Positions 29,729 through 32,000 of a stretch of DNA of 32,000 nt are shown piece after piece. Source of the DNA: Halorhodospira halophila SL1 (GTDB lineage Bacteria > Pseudomonadota > Gammaproteobacteria > Nitrococcales > Halorhodospiraceae); the NCBI RefSeq assembly GCF_000015585.1, contig NC_008789.1:2490001-2522000 (forward strand), in the 5' to 3' direction. Position 1 is the first letter of the stretch. Each line of letters begins with the position of its first letter. The notes below the pieces were generated by a model. The model was given only the letters and a program-made list of their open reading frames with translations. It made no database searches and had not been told where the DNA came from. Position numbers and translations under genes: made by a program.

Positions 29729-32000
29729 GCATCGGCGGCTGGAGCCTGGCGCGTGCCCGGCTGATCGTCTTCGCGACGGTCCTGATCGGGCTGTCCGGCC
29801 TGTGGGCCTACGGCCAGCTCGGGCAGCTCGAGGACCCCGACTTCACGATCCACACCGCTCTGGTCCAGGCCGAGTACCCCGGTGCCCGGGCCGAGCGGGT
29901 GGAGGCGGAGGTCACCGAGGTCCTGGAGCGGCATATCCAACAGCTGGAAGAGCTCGAGGAGATCGAGTCGGTCAGCCGCGACGGCGACGTGGTGATCTAC
30001 GTCGACGTCGACGAACGCTACTCCGGGGCGCGTCTGCGCCAGATCTGGGACGAGCTGAACAAGAAGGTCCAGCGCGCCAGCCTCGAGCTGCCCAACGAGG
30101 TACGCGGGCCGGTGGTGGACGACGACTACGGCGACGTCTTCGGGCTCCTCTACGCCGTCACCGGCGAGGGCTACAGCCTGCGCAAGATCGACGATTACGC
30201 CGATGAGCTCCGCCGCGAGCTGCTGCGCGTCCCCGGTGTGGCCCGCGCGGAGCTCTTCGGGCGCCAGGGCGAGCGGATCTTCATCGAGATCAGCCGTGAG
30301 CGGCTGTCGGCACTGAACCTCCACCCCGGGCAGATCGCCGAGACCCTGCAACGGCAGAACGTGGTCGCCCCGGCCGGCGCCATCGACCTGGACGACCACC
30401 GGGTGGGGCTGTTCGTCTCCGGGACCTTCGACAGTGTCGAGGACGTGCGCGGGCTGTCCATCCGCAACCCGGAGACCGACGAGCGGATCTACCTGCGCGA
30501 CATCGCCGATGTGCGCCGCGGCTTCGCCGATCCACCGGAGCGGGTCTTCCGCCACGACGGCGAGCCGGGTGTGGCCCTCGGGATCTCACCGGCTCCGGGG
30601 ACCAATGTCGTTGAACTCGGCGAGCGCATCGAGCAACGCCTGGCCGAACTCGAGCACGACCGCCCAGTGGGCATGACGTTGCATACCGTCAACGACCAAC
30701 CAGAGACGGTGCGCGGGGCCATCGCCGAGTTCGTGACCAACCTGGCCACTGCCGTGGTCATCGTGCTTGCCGTGCTGTTGATCGCCCTGGGCTGGCGAAC
30801 CGGTTTGATTGTCGGCGCAGGCGTGCCCCTGACCATCCTCGGCACCTTCCTGGTGATGTGGGTCACCGGCATCGACCTGCACCGCGTCTCACTGGGGGCG
30901 CTGATCGTCGTCCTGGGCATGCTGGTGGACAACGCCATCGTGGTCGCCGAGCTGACCATGACCCGAATCCAGCGTGGCGTCGAGCGGGCGAAGGCGGCCC
31001 GACAGGCGGTCAGCGAGACGGCCATACCGCTGCTGATCGGGACCGCCATCGCCGCCCTGGCCTTCTCGCCGATCAGCTTCACGCCGTCAGCGGTGGGCGA
31101 GTTCACCAGCTCCCTGTTCTGGGTGGTCGCCTTCGCCCTGGGCCTGAGCTGGATCCTGGCGGTGACCTTCACCACCCTGCTCGCCTACCGCTTCCTGCCG
31201 GCACCGACCAGCGGCGAGGCCCGTGACCCCCACGACACCCTCTGGCACCGGGCCTACCGGCGCGCCCTGGGCGGGATGCTGCGCTACCGCACCACCAGCC
31301 TGATCACCGTCCTGCTGGTGGTGGCCATCGCCGTGGCCGCCTTCACCCTGGTGCCACGGATCTTCTTTCCGGCCGCTGATCGCGATCAGTTCCTGATCGA
31401 CCACTGGCGCAGCGAGGGCACCCGCATCGAGGCAGTGGCCGACGAGACGGCGCGCCTCGAGGCCTTCCTCCGCGAACACGACGATGTGGCTCGGGTCACC
31501 ACCTTTGTCGGTGAGGGGGCGCCGCGCTTCTACCTGCCAATGATCCCCGAGCTGCCCAATCCAGCCTACGCCCAGCTGCTGGTCGGCACGGAACCGGACA
31601 GCGACCTGGATGCGGTTATGGCCGACGTGCGCGACTGGCTGGATGGGCGGTTCGCCGACGCGCAGCCACGGGTGCGACCGATGATGCTCGGGGACCCGGT
31701 ACGCTACCCGGTGGAACTGCGCGTGGCCGGCCCGCGTGACCACGCCGAGCTGCGCCAGGTCGCCGAGGAACTGCGCGACTGGCTGGCGGGCCAGCCGGAG
31801 ACCGCAGGCACGCGACACAATTGGCGCCAGCAGGCGCTATCTCTGGACGTCGAAGTCGACCAGGAGCGAGCCCGCGCCGCCGGGCTCTCCTCGGCCGAGG
31901 TGGCAGAAACCCTGGAGATGGCCTACGACGACGGCCCCATCGGGGTGCTCATCGATGGCGACCGCCACCTGCCCATCCACTGGTACCTGCCGGAGGTCGA
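29725..32000 (+). CDS. Efflux RND transporter permease (AcrB/HAE1-like), 3'-truncated by the window edge
   Basis: This ORF is not in the supplied track because it has no stop in the window. My manual translation from GTG 29725 (which overlaps the adaptor TGA, GTGA) gives VSIGGWSLARARLIVFATVLIGLSGLWAYGQLGQLEDPDFTIHTALVQAEYPGA... and later LGALIVVLGMLVDNAIVV. These are typical RND N-terminal and TM4 motifs. The frame stays open to position 32000. Confidence 0.85.
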   Translation, partial: MSIGGWSLARARLIVFATVLIGLSGLWAYGQLGQLEDPDFTIHTALVQAEYPGARAERVEAEVTEVLERHIQQLEELEEIESVSRDGDVVIYVDVDERYSGARLRQIWDELNKKVQRASLELPNEVRGPVVDDDYGDVFGLLYAVTGEGYSLRKIDDYADELRRELLRVPGVARAELFGRQGERIFIEISRERLSALNLHPGQIAETLQRQNVVAPAGAIDLDDHRVGLFVSGTFDSVEDVRGLSIRNPETDERIYLRDIADVRRGFADPPERVFRHDGEPGVALGISPAPGTNVVELGERIEQRLAELEHDRPVGMTLHTVNDQPETVRGAIAEFVTNLATAVVIVLAVLLIALGWRTGLIVGAGVPLTILGTFLVMWVTGIDLHRVSLGALIVVLGMLVDNAIVVAELTMTRIQRGVERAKAARQAVSETAIPLLIGTAIAALAFSPISFTPSAVGEFTSSLFWVVAFALGLSWILAVTFTTLLAYRFLPAPTSGEARDPHDTLWHRAYRRALGGMLRYRTTSLITVLLVVAIAVAAFTLVPRIFFPAADRDQFLIDHWRSEGTRIEAVADETARLEAFLREHDDVARVTTFVGEGAPRFYLPMIPELPNPAYAQLLVGTEPDSDLDAVMADVRDWLDGRFADAQPRVRPMMLGDPVRYPVELRVAGPRDHAELRQVAEELRDWLAGQPETAGTRHNWRQQALSLDVEVDQERARAAGLSSAEVAETLEMAYDDGPIGVLIDGDRHLPIHWYLPEV

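Overview
This is a very GC-rich, densely coding chromosomal window. By eye it is about two-thirds G+C, with third codon positions almost all G/C. Many predicted proteins are strikingly acidic. That fits a halophilic or haloalkaliphilic gammaproteobacterium (Ectothiorhodospiraceae-like), but this is inference only. I support 27 protein-coding features (one is a gene remnant), arranged in tight co-directional blocks that often have 4-nt stop/start overlaps. Most are core metabolism or housekeeping: pntAA-pntAB-pntB transhydrogenase, xthA, ubiD plus a ferredoxin-FNR reductase, an SQS-type squalene synthase, an aldo-keto reductase, ampG, trxB, icd, ppc, pyrE, and an RND efflux pair that runs off the right edge. 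I found no rRNA, tRNA, CRISPR array, transposase, integrase or recognisable defence island. The best candidate for a poorly understood system lies at 1815-5266 on the minus strand. It is a three-gene cluster: a lipoprotein retropepsin-like (DUF785/RimB-type) protease with an extreme Asp/Glu tail, a cysteine-free transglutaminase-like protein fused to a 7-TM module, and a RimK-related alpha-L-glutamate ligase-like ATP-grasp enzyme. A TIGR02444-like gene lies upstream and a Na+/glutamate-symporter-like gene downstream. Other items worth a second look are an isocitrate dehydrogenase with a C-terminal CBS pair, an alpha/beta-hydrolase fused to an ethylbenzene-dehydrogenase-like haem domain, a 70-aa endonuclease V remnant, a 2-TM/RCK channel with a TIGFGE filter, and a 13-bp perfect hairpin spanning two convergent stop codons. 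Most long ORFs in the supplied track are antisense shadow ORFs typical of high-GC DNA, and I rejected them.
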